A DNA stretch of 64,000 bases, from positions 3,162,001-3,226,000 of the forward strand of contig CM038998.1 in NCBI GenBank assembly GCA_017499595.2, written 5' to 3'. The position numbers were made by a program, and so were the translations under genes. Source of the stretch: Psilocybe cubensis (taxonomy: Eukaryota). Below the pieces are notes generated by a model. It was not told the DNA's origin. It saw nothing but the letters and a program-made list of their open reading frames with translations, and made no database searches. Below are positions 48,415-62,418 of this stretch, in pieces; position 1 is the stretch's first letter, and each line of letters opens with the position of its first letter.

Positions 48415-48857
48415 GGAAGGATGGGAAGAAATCTCTATCTGAATTGTTATTTCTCTCTAGATATGTTCACATATGACAAAGCTCATGATGTGGTAAAATA
48501 AAACAATACTAAACGTGATTAAATTTAAAATCTTGCCTGATTGCGCAGTGTCGCGATCTATATGTCATCATCGAAGGGATACCACTTGGATACCGCAAAT
48601 AACTACATGAGAGACCAATTTGGAAGTCACAGCTAATGATAAATACCTTGGATAATTCAAAAAGGCTCTGCATCAGGTACAGCGACATCCTCGAAGCAAT
48701 CTGCAACAGAGCTGCAACTGCGGATCCTTTCCATGAAACAAAATTTGCCTTCTACACACCATCTAGACGAACCTGGTATCCTCATAACACAAAAAATTCG
48801 CAAAAGAATGAAACTCCGTCACAACCAACATGTCTTTCCAGGTGTTTTCTACAGGTT

Positions 48858-51800
48858 CTACTCGCTATTTCCTGCCGGCGAAACTGACAAAGGGGCATCT
48901 ATGGTCTCGAAAGGTCCTTCTAGTCCGGTATCGTCATCCTAAGCAAATTGGTTGCGTAAATCAACGATCATATTTCACTACGAAGACAGCTCACATCGGT
49001 CAATCTATTGAAATGTTTAGACAATTTTTCAATGACCAAGCTGTACGGTAGATGCTGGGTGAGTTTCCTGTGATTCGTTAGTCAACGGAGACAATCTAGA
49101 GTGGTAATATTAGATATGTGTATCTCACCGCCGTGGTTGTACATTCAGGGAATGTCGAGCATCCAGTGTAGAATCAAGGACATTCGATGAATGCGCGCCT
49201 TCACTTAGTGAAAGCTTGATGGAATACTCCTTATCAGAGTTCCCACGACCGTGATTCCTTTCATAAAGCTCAAAGGTTATATGGGACTGAAGAAATCATC
49301 AGACTCGTCTTTCTGTAGGATAAGATCAGCATACCGCGTAATCCAACTCAGGGATTCGTCGATTGGCAATTGGGAGGCCAGAAAGTAAAACTAGATTTAC
49401 GAGGGTATGGATATGGCTTTCTTTGGTGAAGTAAAGTGTCAGGGAACTTTCGCCGTTATTTCTTGCCGCTTCCAAATCCGATACCACATTGCGAAGTAGT
49501 GGCAGGGATGTCAAAACCCCAATTTCCTCCCTAAAAATGTTAATCAATGTATCAAGTAGAATAGTGTATTATGTACTTCTCATCTGGATCAATTCCATAT
49601 TCCTGAGGGGCAACCAAATCAAATAAAGCTTTAGCACGACCATAAAGCTCATGGATTTTGCGGTCTTGGGGTGGTTGATGAGAATCTGTGCGACCATGTT
49701 CGTCAAAAATGGAGAATAAAAAGGTTCGGTGATGTAGAGCGCAGTATTTAATGGTGTCATACAATTCGGAAACCTGATCAAGTTGAATACATGTTGAGTG
49801 GAGTCAATGTGATAATGCGCAACGTACCCTCGACGGATCAAATTTCTTTTGCTCCACATCGCAGAAATCTTCGAAGAGCTTTTCCCACCTCTCACGGAAA
49901 AGCCAAGGTTCGTCGCCACAGCACCTAAAAGTCATCATCATTTTTCGACCAAACAGTGTCATTATCAAAACCACGACATCAATGATCTTACCATCGTTCT
50001 TGAATCTTGTCAACGTCCAAAGTTTCAAAATTATGGCGCATAATGTCTCTGAATGAACTCAAGAGTTCAATCACTTCCTGACACCCTCCGTTAGTTTCTG
50101 GGACAGCCTAAGAGAAGCAAGAAAATAACTCACTTTGACAACTTCGACAGGCTCCTTTTTCATACTCTTAGGCCATGTTAATTCGGGCCTCTTTTCTGAC
50201 TCTCCAGGCCGCAGCAATATCTTGAGACGCTTTTTGACATCGTCCATGAGATCTTTGGCTGCATTGGAATCGTCCAAAAGGTCCTTCCGCACGATTAATT
50301 TGAGAGGAGCTTGATTCGGAACTTGCTGTTGTTGAGGTACGTTTTTATTGACATACCCATTGTTTTTAGCATCAAGGGGGCTACGAGTAGAACCAGAGGA
50401 ATGGGCCGAATAACTAGGATGCTGTGGATCTAACAGTGCGGCTGCAAATATTTCTGCGGAAGCGATGACACGTCTCTCCGAGGATGTGAATATCTGTGAC
50501 GAGAATTATTATTTAAATTTGGTTGTGATAGCATCCATCTACGAGAACGCACTTTGACATTATGAAGCACCTCTTTGTCTGTTTACATAATAGGGATTTA
50601 ACTCATTACAAATATACGGTAAATTCAACGGAGCACGTACTCATAATAGTTATGTCTTTCTTCAAATTTTCACCAAGATCCCGAGACTGGTAACGCGCTG
50701 AATGGGTGAACTGTAAAGAAAACTTAATATGTACCAAAAATAAATAGGTAAATAAACAAACCTCGCCTCCCCATTTGAATACTAGAGTCAGCTTGGTAAG
50801 CTTTCGCGTTTGACCGACCTGTCTTTTAGAGTATACAGGCTTAAGCTGTGCCTTTGTCCCAGGAAGATCGATTTTGCTGAATAATGCATTACTGAGTTGA
50901 GTCAGTTTACTGAGCTCCTCTCCATCCGCCCCTAGATTCCGGGCTTCTTCAATGGCAGTAGCAATCCAGGTCAATTGTTCCTTTTCTCTCAGAATAATTT
51001 CTTCCGTTTCTCCGTTCAGGAGAGTGACAAAAGGTTGGGTCCAAGGCTCTCCTATTGGAAAGTTGAACTTCAATTTTTGCTGATAACGAGAAGGTGGGTG
51101 TTAGCATATTTAGGAAGGAAATAACATATCAAACACCTTTGGAGTACGATCAGCATGCCGGAAAACCGTAACGTTAGCTTTTAATAACCATGTAGGCGCT
51201 TCCTGGGACGGTACTACCGCTGGTAAGGGCCGTTCCAACGTAGATGATACACGCATGCAAAGGGCAGCTAGGATATCTGCAGCTTTGTCTAAGAAAAAGG
51301 GCCCAGTCACAATCAATAACGAAAGAAGAATAAGGGAAAGGGAAATACCATAATAGGTCTCATTTCCTTTCACAAAACTCCATCCGTTCACATCAATAAC
51401 ATGACTATGTCGACCATTTCCACAGCGCAACATGTCGAACCCACACACACGTTGACCAAATCCTTCGCAGATCTTATCCGCCCAAGATTTCTCTTCTTCT
51501 GTCAGTCGTGTAATGAACCTGGAAGATAGGATAAGCAAGAAACAGAAAGAGTCTGGATATAGCTACCTGATTTCTTTCCCTTCCGTATTGCGTCTCACGA
51601 CACCATCGACCACAGGTGATTTGCGAGTTTCTGCATGGGTATATTCCTTTCCCACTGTGTAAACTTTGATATCTTCTGAGTTATCTACGTCAATAAACTC
51701 TTCATAAATATATGACCCATCCGTTCTAGGGTGATTCAAGGTAGGATCGAGCTCGCTGGATTTGTTCCCCACCTAAAGCACCGTCACCGTCAACGCATTT

Positions 51801-52700
51801 ATAATGAGATATAAGTAACACAAAAACCGACCTTTCTAAACAATCGACGACCTCCACCACCCCGGAAGTATATATAAACATTGTGATCCTCTCCGCTAAC
51901 CGGCTTTTCAACGAACGGTTTTTCCATGGCCTTTCCATCGACTATAATGGCATTACCATCTTCTCGAAGAGTAACTTCAGGGGTCACGAGGAAACCACCC
52001 AGGGTAATGCCCAACTTGTTCTTCATGATTTCGACAAGCTCTGGGTCGACCTTGGGACCACCATCCCTCGATACCTCTAAACGGGTTGGGGTTGGAACTC
52101 CAAGATGATCTAGAACAGCCCCCACCAGGCGTCTGTCCCAGAGCAAAGCCTGGGGGGGAAGATCATTGATACAAAAAGGCTTTCGGAGCTTGACATAAGA
52201 TGTCGCTTTATCAAGTGGAAAGTCGGTCGAAAAAAAGGAGATGAGCACATCGCATCTGGGCCAATTTTCGACATCTGCGGTAAACTTTCATGAGACTTGA
52301 GCTACGTCCAGGGGGCTATCAATGCACCTTCGTCCAGGATGACCTTGTCGCCAAACACTTTGACCTCTATAGCCCCTCTGGCCCTTTCGACCAATCGTGT
52401 AAGAATTTCTCTCATTGCCTTGCTGCGAGCTTTGATATCCATGGCGCAGATACCGAGAACGACAGATTTTTGTTGAGGAAGGACTCCATATCTAAAATTG
52501 ACGTAAGGTGAATGCGGTCCAAAGTGGAAAAAAACAAAGAGAGCTGACTTCAGGTCTCTGGAATCTGTGGTTGTCGCCAAATCTGAATATGATCCTATTG
52601 AGGATGGAGAAGACGAGCGAGTAACGACGGAGCTGGATCGCTGAGAAGGCTTTTCAGGTGAGTGAAGGTGTAATCTTGATTGGCGGTCTCGCGGATGCAT
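48858..52700 (-). CDS. VIP1: Inositol pyrophosphate kinase/phosphatase Vip1/Asp1 (PPIP5K)
   Basis: [73 protein letters not shown]; many exons, last exon tentative. Confidence 0.93.
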
Positions 52701-53084
52701 GATGGAGACACCGGTCAATTGTCAATTAGTTTGTTTTGGCCCCATTCAGTACAGTGACAATTACACATGTCTGTGACCAACTCGCGTTTGAAAATATTTG
52801 ATCAGATGGACCTGGGGTGGACTCAATTAAATCAATATACACCAGCGGCTTTTTCCATGCTGATGATTCGAAATTGCGACACTAAATCAATTACCGCGCT
52901 AAGCCCTGATTGTAGAATCCAACAGCCATGGAAAGAGTGGAACTATCGCTCGTGCTCGTGTGGCATGTAACAGCATGTAACCAGATGTAACTCCCAATGC
53001 TCGTGATGCAATAAAATAAAATAAAACTAGAAGAAGACATGACTAAACGACTTCCATAGGTCCTACTGAGAGTACACGGTGTGT

Positions 53085-56000
53085 CTATGTGTCATTGTCA
53101 AAAGGATACTGAATTGACATCATGAGTACGCGATACCAACTTGGAGTCAAATCACAAACATACCTCAAACGCTTCTGGAGGTTCTGCATCAGGCGCACTC
53201 TCATCCAAGGCGATGTGACGACCCGTAGGCTGAGGCGCCGGAGCGTTGGTATTACTTGGAGGAGCAGCCTCAGGGGCAGCTGGCACCGCAGGCGCTGTTT
53301 CAATTTCAATAAATTCAGCCTCCTCATTCGGTCGAAGGTCGGAAAGAATAAGAATGCCACCACCGCCAGCGTATCTTTCTGAGCCCAAACCTAAAGCAGA
53401 AGATACGCTTTGAGCAGCGACTGCTTTTCCAGATTTTGATAGTGTCGTTTTTGATGAAACAGCTCTTACGGGTTGGTATCTGCCATCGGTTGGGAATGTG
53501 ATATAGGCTAGTTGGCTAGGCGTCACTCGAGAAAAGTTGGGACGCAATTCAGAAGAAGGCTCTGCCTTCTTCTGCCGTGAACTAGAAGCTGTCGCCTTAT
53601 TGTCATCTGCAAGGTTGGAAACTGACTGAATGATTGGTGACACGTCCCCATCTTTGGGTGACACATCGTCGGGTTTCATTTCAACGTCTGCATCTCCTTC
53701 CTGTTTATCCTAGAGGTTCGTATTAACGAGATTGTCCGTCAGTTCTGCAGAAAGTCCTCACCAAATCCATCGTATCTCCTGGAGTAGCAGCTTTCTTCTT
53801 TTCTCTTGCTTTAACCTTGGCAGTAGTCGAAAGCACAGCTGTGGCAACTTTTGCAACTGTTTCCTTCTTAGGAGGTTTGGTTGAAGAAGGATAGGCGAAA
53901 AGACTAGGCCTGGCGTTGGAGATGTACTCGAATTTGGGCGCCTATTACCATGCATATTAGTTTTAATGTATTGATGTAAGGTAAGCAATTTACCTTCAAG
54001 TCACCATTTAAACCAATGATACCGGTAGGGGAGAATGCCAAGCAAGCACAATGTGCCAAAGGATACCAGTACCAGAACTGGCAGAATAAGACCATACCAA
54101 CAATCGCGCTGGTATTGGTGCTTCCAGCACGGCTCTGTAAACTGATGGTCACATTCCTTCCTCCAGCATCAATAAGACCTTGTCCAATAGCTGCACCAAA
54201 GCGCGCCATTGGGTCCTCATGTTTATCAGAGGTTACTTTGTTGTATTTCGCACGCGTGGGTGCGAACGAAGCCGAGGATGCCTCGGATTGCTCGACGAGG
54301 ATCATACCAAGGGCGATGAAAGCTCCTTGACGAACAAAGTCGACACTATCTTTGGTCATGGGTTCCAAAATCTCAACTGCATCCTGAGTAGCCTTCATTA
54401 ACACATCTTTAGCAAGTCATTTAGAGCAGTTGCTTACCGGCAGGCCAGTCCCGGCACATGCAATTCCAAGGGCAAGGGTAGCACCACATCGTACATGGGG
54501 ATTATAACTCTCGCTTAGCAATTGCACAACGCGTGGTACCTGAGCTGGATTTTTGAACAGAAGAAATGCCAATGAAGTCACAGCAGCTCGTCGAACATCG
54601 TCAGAAGTATCGGACACTGCAATATGCAAAAGCTTGCGAACAGCGTCATTGTTTGCAGTGCCTGCATAGGCAAGGGCTAAAGTGTAGACTCCACCGTATC
54701 GCAAAATGGGATCCTATAATCTGTGAATATTGATTGGTACATAGCGAAAAGAGATACAGCACACCTTCTCAGCAAGCAGGACCTTGATAATGTCGTCTGC
54801 CTCTTCCTGTCGTCCGTAAAAGATAAAGGCAATGCCCACGGCAAGACCGCGTATAATCTTTTCATGTGCAGTCTCCCTGGCATACGTCAGCATCTCGTCA
54901 ACGGGTGTTGCAGACGCTGTGCCGAGCATTACCAAGCCCATCGCAAAACCTGACGCTTCACCAGCAACGGCTGAATCGGTGAAGAGAACAGTTTTCAAAT
55001 CTTCAAATGCCTCCATACTTTTAGAGCCCATAGCAGCTACGCCAAGTCCTAGAGCAGCACCGTGCTGCACCACTTCCCCTTGAGCAGCTTTCAAAGCATC
55101 TCTAAGGTAAGCTGTCACAGAATTTCCACAACCAGCGTTGATCAAGCCCAGAGCATAGAGAGCACCACCTTCTGAATAGGCAGCTCCCGCAACATTGCTC
55201 TCGCCTCCTGGTTGGGGAAGGTATGGACCTAGAATTGTTTGGCCCTGTTCGAAGTAACCTTTGTGGATGACACCCAGGCCAGCTGTTGCAGAGAACTTCG
55301 ACCAGTTTGAAGCCAGGCCGAGCCACTCCAAGTTCTCTCTAAGGAAAATGTCGGAAGTTGTCCCGGCGTGCATAAATGCATTTTGAAGGGTGAGGGCAGT
55401 GTGGTATATCGAGGATCTGGGCTCTAGTGCATCCTGAATTAAAAGTTAGTTGATACAGAAAGTAACGGTATCCAGCATCATCACCTTGGTGTTCTTCAAG
55501 ATTAAAAGATCGGTTTGGTTGTTGCGCTTGAGGAATTCACGATACAATTTGACAGATTCTTTGCCGGTCAAAATCGTGCGAAGCTTATCGTATACAGGTT
55601 TGGTTTTCTGTCCGCCAAAGATATTAGTTTGTAAGAGCAGTATGAAGAATTTAGACTCACCGTATCACCTTCTGGCAAGTCATTCCTCAAGGTTTCGAGA
55701 AAGTCTTGTGATCCTCCTTCCACCAAGTCAAAAGCGAATTGATACGCCAATAGTTGTTCAGTGGAAACAAGAGATGAGATAAAGGGTATGGTAAGGCTTG
55801 GATCACTGAGAGTAACAAGTAAGCGGGTGAGGGCGTGGACATGCGGAGATGCATCGCCTGCAGTTGGTCGAGGAAATAGAGGAAAGAGAAAACGGAGGAC
55901 TTGATCTCGGTATGAAAGTGAGAATCCGGTGTCGAGAACACCATCCATAGCGTACGATAGAAGAGATACGTCTTGTGTCTTGGAATAGATATATGAAATA

Positions 56001-56674
56001 ACATCTAGGCGGTGGGATTCTAACGCGATACCGATAGCCTTTGGAAAAGAAACTTGGCTAAGCAATACATAACGGCATACATTCTTAGAGAATCGTACCT
56101 GCTTAAACTCGCCCTCTCCGATGCATCGGTTAAAGATACCTTCAACAGTAGCTTGCAGAAGTGGGTCGATCTTCTCTTTACTGCCTGATTGCTCGGCAGA
56201 GCGTGCCTGGATGTAGCGGTCGATAGCTTTGGCTATGGTGGTGCACAGAATAAGGAACGCGGGACGAAAACGCGGTCAAGAGCTACTCACACACTATCGT
56301 CTCGATATATTCTTCTGATCCATGGGAGCGAGTCTCGTTCTGGAACGCGTTTCCTGACCCAAGTGCGAAAGAGAGTGCCTCGTCGTATTCCCCTAGGAAG
56401 TAGTAAACTTTGCTGGCAACAAGTGCAGCGGCATCTCTAGCTGGTTTAGAAAGTTCATTACTCTCATATAGAGCCTCACTGCAGTATGCGCGTCAGCACA
56501 ACTTAGTTAGAGATGGCAAATAAATGGCAATTACATTAAGGCGATATGTTCAGAGATCTCTGCCCAGAACTGTGGCACAAGTGGGCGTAATCTATCAAGC
56601 GCTAGTTCCTTGAACGTTGGATTTGGATCCTGCAGAAGGGCAAGGACGCCTGCGGCGGAGGATTGTTTGACCAT
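53085..56674 (-). CDS. RPN2: 26S proteasome regulatory subunit Rpn2
   Basis: [30 protein letters not shown] repeats [30 protein letters not shown]-terminal EPPEAFE/YPF. Confidence 0.95.
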
Positions 56675-56867
56675 GGAAATGGGATGAGAGGGAGAGATGA
56701 GTGCGTAACTGGATTTGTACAGAGGTCTAGGTGACGCGTCCTTGCACGCGGACTCATCTAATCCAAATAGACGCAAACATACGGTGTCCTCCGAAATAAC
56801 CCTTCCCGTGTCCTCCTCCTGTTCAGTTTCTCATTTAAATCGTTATCCACTTCTCTGCTTCAGGGCC

Positions 56868-57511
56868 ATGTCCTTCGCCATCCGCAACCTCTCCAGGCAA
56901 GTCGCCCGTGCGCCTTCGCGCCTCCACGCAAGGCCCCGTACTTTTGCCACTGCCGACAAGTCCGTCGCCAACAATGCTTTCGAGAAGTACCTCCAGGAGG
57001 ATAAGGCTTTGACTCACCACGCTCAAGGTGAGAATCACTATAATCAGCTATATAGCCATGCATGTTTATTATTTTTACAGAGACCACCGATCTCTGGAGG
57101 AAAATCAGGTTCGTTGCGCAACTCAGAATCCATCAGTCTAGACCGAGCCATCCAACCAGCTAACGTGTAATCAACAGCTTCTACGTGTGTATTCCAGCCA
57201 GTGAGTCTGTTATGTCTTGAGCTATTCCTCAGACCTAATTTTCTTACTCAATCTAGTTGCTGTCTGCGTTGCTTGGGTATACAACGCGGAGGTTGAGCAC
57301 GCCGCACATATCGAACACCTCAAGCACGAGAACGGTGGAGAACTCCCCGAAACCCCTCTTTACGACTACCTTAACAGGAGATCCAAGCCCTTCCCTTGGG
57401 GAAATAACTCTCTTTTCTTCAACCCTAAGGTGGGTCCTCAATCAATTCACCATTTGTATCTTACTGATCTTTATATGCGCGCACCAGGTCAACAAAGACA
57501 TGAGCGAGTAA
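56868..57511 (+). CDS. COX13: Cytochrome c oxidase subunit VIa
   Basis: Presequence; TTDLWRKIS/FYVCIPA, YDYLNRRSKPFPWGNNSLFFNPK/VN. Confidence 0.92.
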
Positions 57512-57740
57512 ATGTGCTCTACCTCTAGACATGCATTGTGCAAGTAGAACATTATAAATCCATTTACCTGGAGACCTCATTCAATTTTGTATTGATGATC
57601 TATTGAGCATTAAGTGTCCCATATCGCTTGTACGCTAAGGTCCTGTGATTCTACATATACGCTATCCCTCAAAGAAGGTCCCATTTTTCCGACAGAGTTC
57701 AGACTATACTGTATTACATACTGGCACGACTTTCACAACA

Positions 57741-58925
57741 TCAAAGCATCAATAAAATGCCCATAAAAGACACACCGGACACTACTGTCAATGCCCGCGT
57801 CGGCCCCAGTGACAATGCCGCAGATCTGGATTGTAAACAAGTTGAGTGTTATGATATAAATGCATATATCAAAGGCGTACTGCGATTGTCCCACCGAGGC
57901 ATTCGCGGCCTTGCCTGTCGATATCGTTGCCGGGTTAGATGTTGATTGGGGAGTAGAACCATTTACTGTCGCGTCAGCCGACTTTCCAGGAGCAGTGGCG
58001 GAAGCATGGACAGGTGCTATAATGCTTGTTACTGTTGGGGGAAGTGACAGGACTATGCTGCTCTGGGGTTGGGTGGCAATAATCGTCTCCAGCGGCCTCT
58101 CGCTTGTTACTGCTTGAGAAGCAGCAACGACGACGGATGTTTCGACTGGCGTAACTGTTGTCACCTCGGGCGCTACTACCACTGTTGTGCATGCGTCGGC
58201 TTAGGAATCATAGATTAGCGTAAAAAAGCTACTTACCGTCAGAGGTGACTGGCGTGTCTGAGACAACAGTGGTGGGTGCTGGGTCTCCACTAGATGTATC
58301 GAATGTGGACGTAGACGTAGACGTTGCAGAATCAGCTTCGAATGTGGTAGTACTAGCAAGAATATCGGTGGTGGCGGTTTCGGTGGGTGGTTCTGCAGTT
58401 GAGGACACATAGACCGCGACGCCTCTCAGTGCCCGATCCACTGAATGAATAGAAGATCATACAGTACGCCACCTTCTTCAGCGTCTATTTATTTATAGTA
58501 ACAGCCTGGGATTCAAACGTACATTTAGCTCTTGCAACTGTCAATTGCTCCAAAAGATCGACATATCCCGGTTCTCCCTCGTTGGCTACTCAGGTAAACA
58601 ACAGCGTTGTTAAAAATTGACTTACAGACGCCTGGAAAACATACCTTGGTCAAGTTGGAGTTGGAAGTTCTCGACTTGGTCCTGAAGGTCCACCAAAACG
58701 GCTATCGGAATGCTGAGTAAAATAGAGATAGAGACCGTATCTAGTAGTGGTTTAAATATAACACTTACGTGGTATTTCATCCCCTTCGACGAGTGGAACA
58801 AGTTCTCTTTCCACAATGTCATTCGAATAGCGACCCAACGGCACCGCCGTTGATTGTTGGACAGCAACAGAGCTCCACAAGAGTATCAGACCGCATAGAC
58901 TAACTAAAAAGAACCTGCCGAACAT
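57741..58925 (-). CDS. Secreted Ser/Thr-rich protein with putative GPI-anchor signal
   Basis: Signal peptide MFGRFFLVSLCGLILLWSSVA; short acidic domain; S/T/P-rich stalk; C-terminus SAALSLGPTRALTVVSGVSFMGILLML; internal exon boundaries partly uncertain. Confidence 0.7.
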
Positions 58926-59581
58926 AATATTCCTGGATGTTAAGTAAAGTGAATGTCGAAGAAAATAACCAGGCCAGCTGTCTTAAGAAACCAGAAAAGG
59001 AGAAGGGAAAGAGAAAGAAAGGCTCGCGCACGTAAGCTGCACAGAGTCAACAAGAACGAAAGGTTTGAACGCGGGCCCGTGCCGTTGCTCGAGTACTGGA
59101 AAGGACTCGTGAGAAGAGGAAAATGACCAAGAGATCTCGGTAGGCATCGTCGTTAACGAATGATGAACTTGTGGTGAAGGCCCATTCCTTCGGGCAGCGG
59201 TTGTCACTTAAGCATGGCGGCAACGGTAGGCCAGCAAATCATTTGGGAAATGGCTCAGATGTACTGCTGCCCTACAGTCCTAAGCCCGATATTCTCTTTG
59301 ATAATCCGCTAAAGTTGCTCAAATCAAAGAAAATGCAGCGCATAACTATAAAAGTAACAGACAGTTAAATTCCAGCTACTTTAGAATACCATTAAGGTGA
59401 ACAATTTGAACAAGTTTCCCGGTCCAAGAAAAGAAGTTACGAAATAAATAAAGATAGTAAATAATCGTCTCAAGCAAAGAGATTCAGAGCGTTCGAAGGT
59501 AGTAAGGTGAGGGTATGCTGTGTTGCGATGGATTAAAATCTTCAAATGATTAAAAGGTTCCATTGGCGTCCCATGGTGCCT

Positions 59582-60275
59582 TTAGATTGTAATAAAAGCG
59601 CCAACCATGGTGCTAATCATGATGGTTGCAATGCCGACGATTAGAGGTGTCTGGATGCCTGAGGAAGCAGACATTCCACCACTGTTATTGTTGTGGGCAG
59701 CGCTTGATGCTGCAGACGCGGCGGCTCCAGCAGCAGATGTGGCAATAGTGAAGACAGAGTCAAATATCGAGGTTACGGCACCGTTGGTGGCAAGCGTTAT
59801 TGCTTGGCCACCTACACTGGTTACAACTGTCACTGCCTGGCCGCCGATGGCTTTGGAAGGTCGGGAGGGTCAGCCTCGAAATCATTTTTAGATGGAAGAA
59901 TTTGGCATACATGTCACTTTCTGACCGATGCCAGCGCCGATGCTGGTGAAGTCTGACCCGAGACTGGCGGCACCAGCTGTGATCTGGCTACCAATAGAAG
60001 CAGCTGGTAAGAAAGAAAGGTGAGGAAGGGCTGGAATCTGCCAGAGGTAGTAAAACACACCACCACCAGTTATATCAGAGATAATGTCATCAACTGGAGA
60101 AAACAGAATCGATAAGCGAGGAATAAGTAGCAGGTTTTTGGGACTACTTACGGGCACGCTCCTGTACCTGGGGCTCATATGGGGGAGCGGGGGTGGGCTC
60201 TGGGGCAGGAGACGCAGAGACAGCGAGGAAGAGAAGAGCAAAGAAAGAAGCAACAAAGAATCTGGTATTAAACAT
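59582..60275 (-). CDS. Small secreted Ala/Gly/Ser/Thr-rich protein with putative GPI-anchor signal
   Basis: Signal peptide MFNTRFFVASFFALLFLAVSASP; repeated TS(I/V)GGQA(V/I)T; hydrophobic C-terminus PLIVGIATIMISTMVGAFITI; three introns. Confidence 0.75.
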
Positions 60276-60558
60276 GTTTGGGAAGTAAAAGTGGGAGAAA
60301 TGTAAAGGACAGCATTTGACACTGGGCTTTTATGGCCAATTTCAATACAATTTTTGCGGAGAGGCAATGCGATGCGCACTATGACGTGAATGCACAGTTC
60401 CTAATTATAGATCCGGTGACCGGTGACGGTGACTGTTGTGATAGAAAGCGTATTACGTCATGTAGATAAGATCTGACAAGAGAATTTGTCGGGGCGTCTT
60501 GAACATAGACTGTTCACATACTCACTCCCACTACTAACCTCATTATCCACTGACCGTG

Positions 60559-61622
60559 ATGCCCCGCGCAATCATTTCTCCTTCAGTCCTGGCCTCAGAC
60601 TTCGGTCAGCTCACTGCTGAATGTAAGCGCATGATGGTCGGCGGCGCCGAGTGGCTTCATATGGGTAAGTCTCTTCTTGTCTTGCAAGTTTCACTTTTCT
60701 CAGTTTCTCACAGATGTTATGGACGGGTGGCTACCCTTTCTTCATCACCCAAGTGCATAGTATCTGATTCTTGATGTAGTCACTTCGTGCCTAATATCAC
60801 GATGGGTACTTCTATTTTGATCTCACATTGCCCTTGTGCTTCATCTCATCACCGCAGGTGCGCCTATTCTTTCGTGCGTGCACAAAGGAGTCCCAGGCAT
60901 CTTCATGGACTGTCATATGATGGTTTCTGAACCAGAAAAGGTCGAGCATTTTATTTGCTTTCTTCTTAGATCATATGCATACTGATCCACCGCACTCAAC
61001 CAAGTGGGTAGATGACATTGCGGATGCGGGCGGCGCAATGTACTGCTTCCACCACGAGGCCACAGGTACTGATCCAACTCCTCAATCACACGCTTATTAT
61101 CTCACACGCGCGCTCAGACAATCCTATTGCCCTCATTGAGAAGATCCACAGTCGCAATATGAAAGCAGGCGTCGCTATTTCACCGGACACGCCCTCCTCT
61201 GCAATCACAGATGAGGTTGCCGCCGTTGCTGACATGCTGCTGGTTATGACTGTGTATCCAGGTATTTGTCACATTATGTTGTTTTGTTGAATGACAATTC
61301 ACACTAATAATATAGGACGCGGTGGCCAGAAATTTATTGAGAGATGCGTTCCTAAAGTAGCTGAGCTACGCGCACGTTTTCCGGACAAAGATATAGAAGT
61401 AGATGGAGGCGTGGGTCCTAAAACCATCGGCGTTTGCGCTGATGCAGGTAAGTACTTTCTCCTTATTTTCCCTTGGTGTATCTCGTTTGACGTCACCTCC
61501 TAACAATAGGCAGCAACGTAATTGTCGCTGGAACGGCCATTTTCGGAGCAGAGGATCCAACGTCAGTGATAAAGCAGCTCAAGGACACCGTCAATACTGC
61601 TCAAGCAAAATTTACTCAGTGA
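60559..61622 (+). CDS. RPE1: Ribulose-phosphate 3-epimerase
   Basis: [55 protein letters not shown]. Confidence 0.95.
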
Positions 61623-62418
61623 ACATTCCTTGAGTGAGATATCGATTTAAACATTATCTATGAGAACTACCTGTTGTATTGCTCTGTCTTGGATTATGGA
61701 TCTATGCTCGCGGCGAATAAATTTATTTTTAAGTGCACAGACTGGTGGAAAAATTCAACGCACAGCCATATTATTCGCGACGCACGGTCATACGTAGACC
61801 CTCATACTAGGTCAGTATAAACGACATCACTGCGCCCGTCGACTAAGAGCAGTGGTATGGCTATGCGATTTTGACTAGTGAGGCTGACCCTGCTACCCTT
61901 GTGGTACCATGCCAGTTAGATACAACTACAGGCAGACCCGGAGTAAGTTGTGTAGGTTGATGCAGAGAAATCGGCAAAAATTATGACCATTAACAGAGGG
62001 TATACTAGCTAAAAGGCCTGTACGCTACCGAAATCGTGGGGAGTGGAATAAGCATCCAAATGTGTCTACATTAGTACAGTGCGATAGGGATACCCAAAAG
62101 TGTGGAGGGTCTGTAATCGTAATATGCGTCCGTCGCAAAAGGGAAGGGGTCTCGAGCCAGAAAAAGGTGGGTGGGTGGTGAGATCGTGAATACAACTTGT
62201 CCCTTCATAACAACGCAGTGATAGAGGTGGCTCCTAAATGGTCTTCTAGACATATGTCAAAAAGCATAAGTCGTGTCGTCTCAACAAGTCTCGTATATCC
62301 GCTGAATATTCTTGACAAAGAATGTTCAAGAACTAGTCGCTTCCTACCCGCAGCGGAAAGGTAGGACCGTCGTGGCACAAAAGGGAGAATCCAGCAAGAG
62401 CAGGGCGGAAAGTGTGGA

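Noticed and set aside
52964-53030. Three (C/G)ATGTAAC copies and an AAAAT run
   Set aside because: Short low-complexity sequence downstream of RPN2; not an array or mobile element
56733-56740. GACGCGTC (MCB-like) and similar CGCG words in several promoters
   Set aside because: Common short fungal promoter words with no specific inference possible
62071-62410. 60 aa and 90 aa minus-strand ORFs after the GT32 stop
   Set aside because: Probably 3' UTR; no homology recognised
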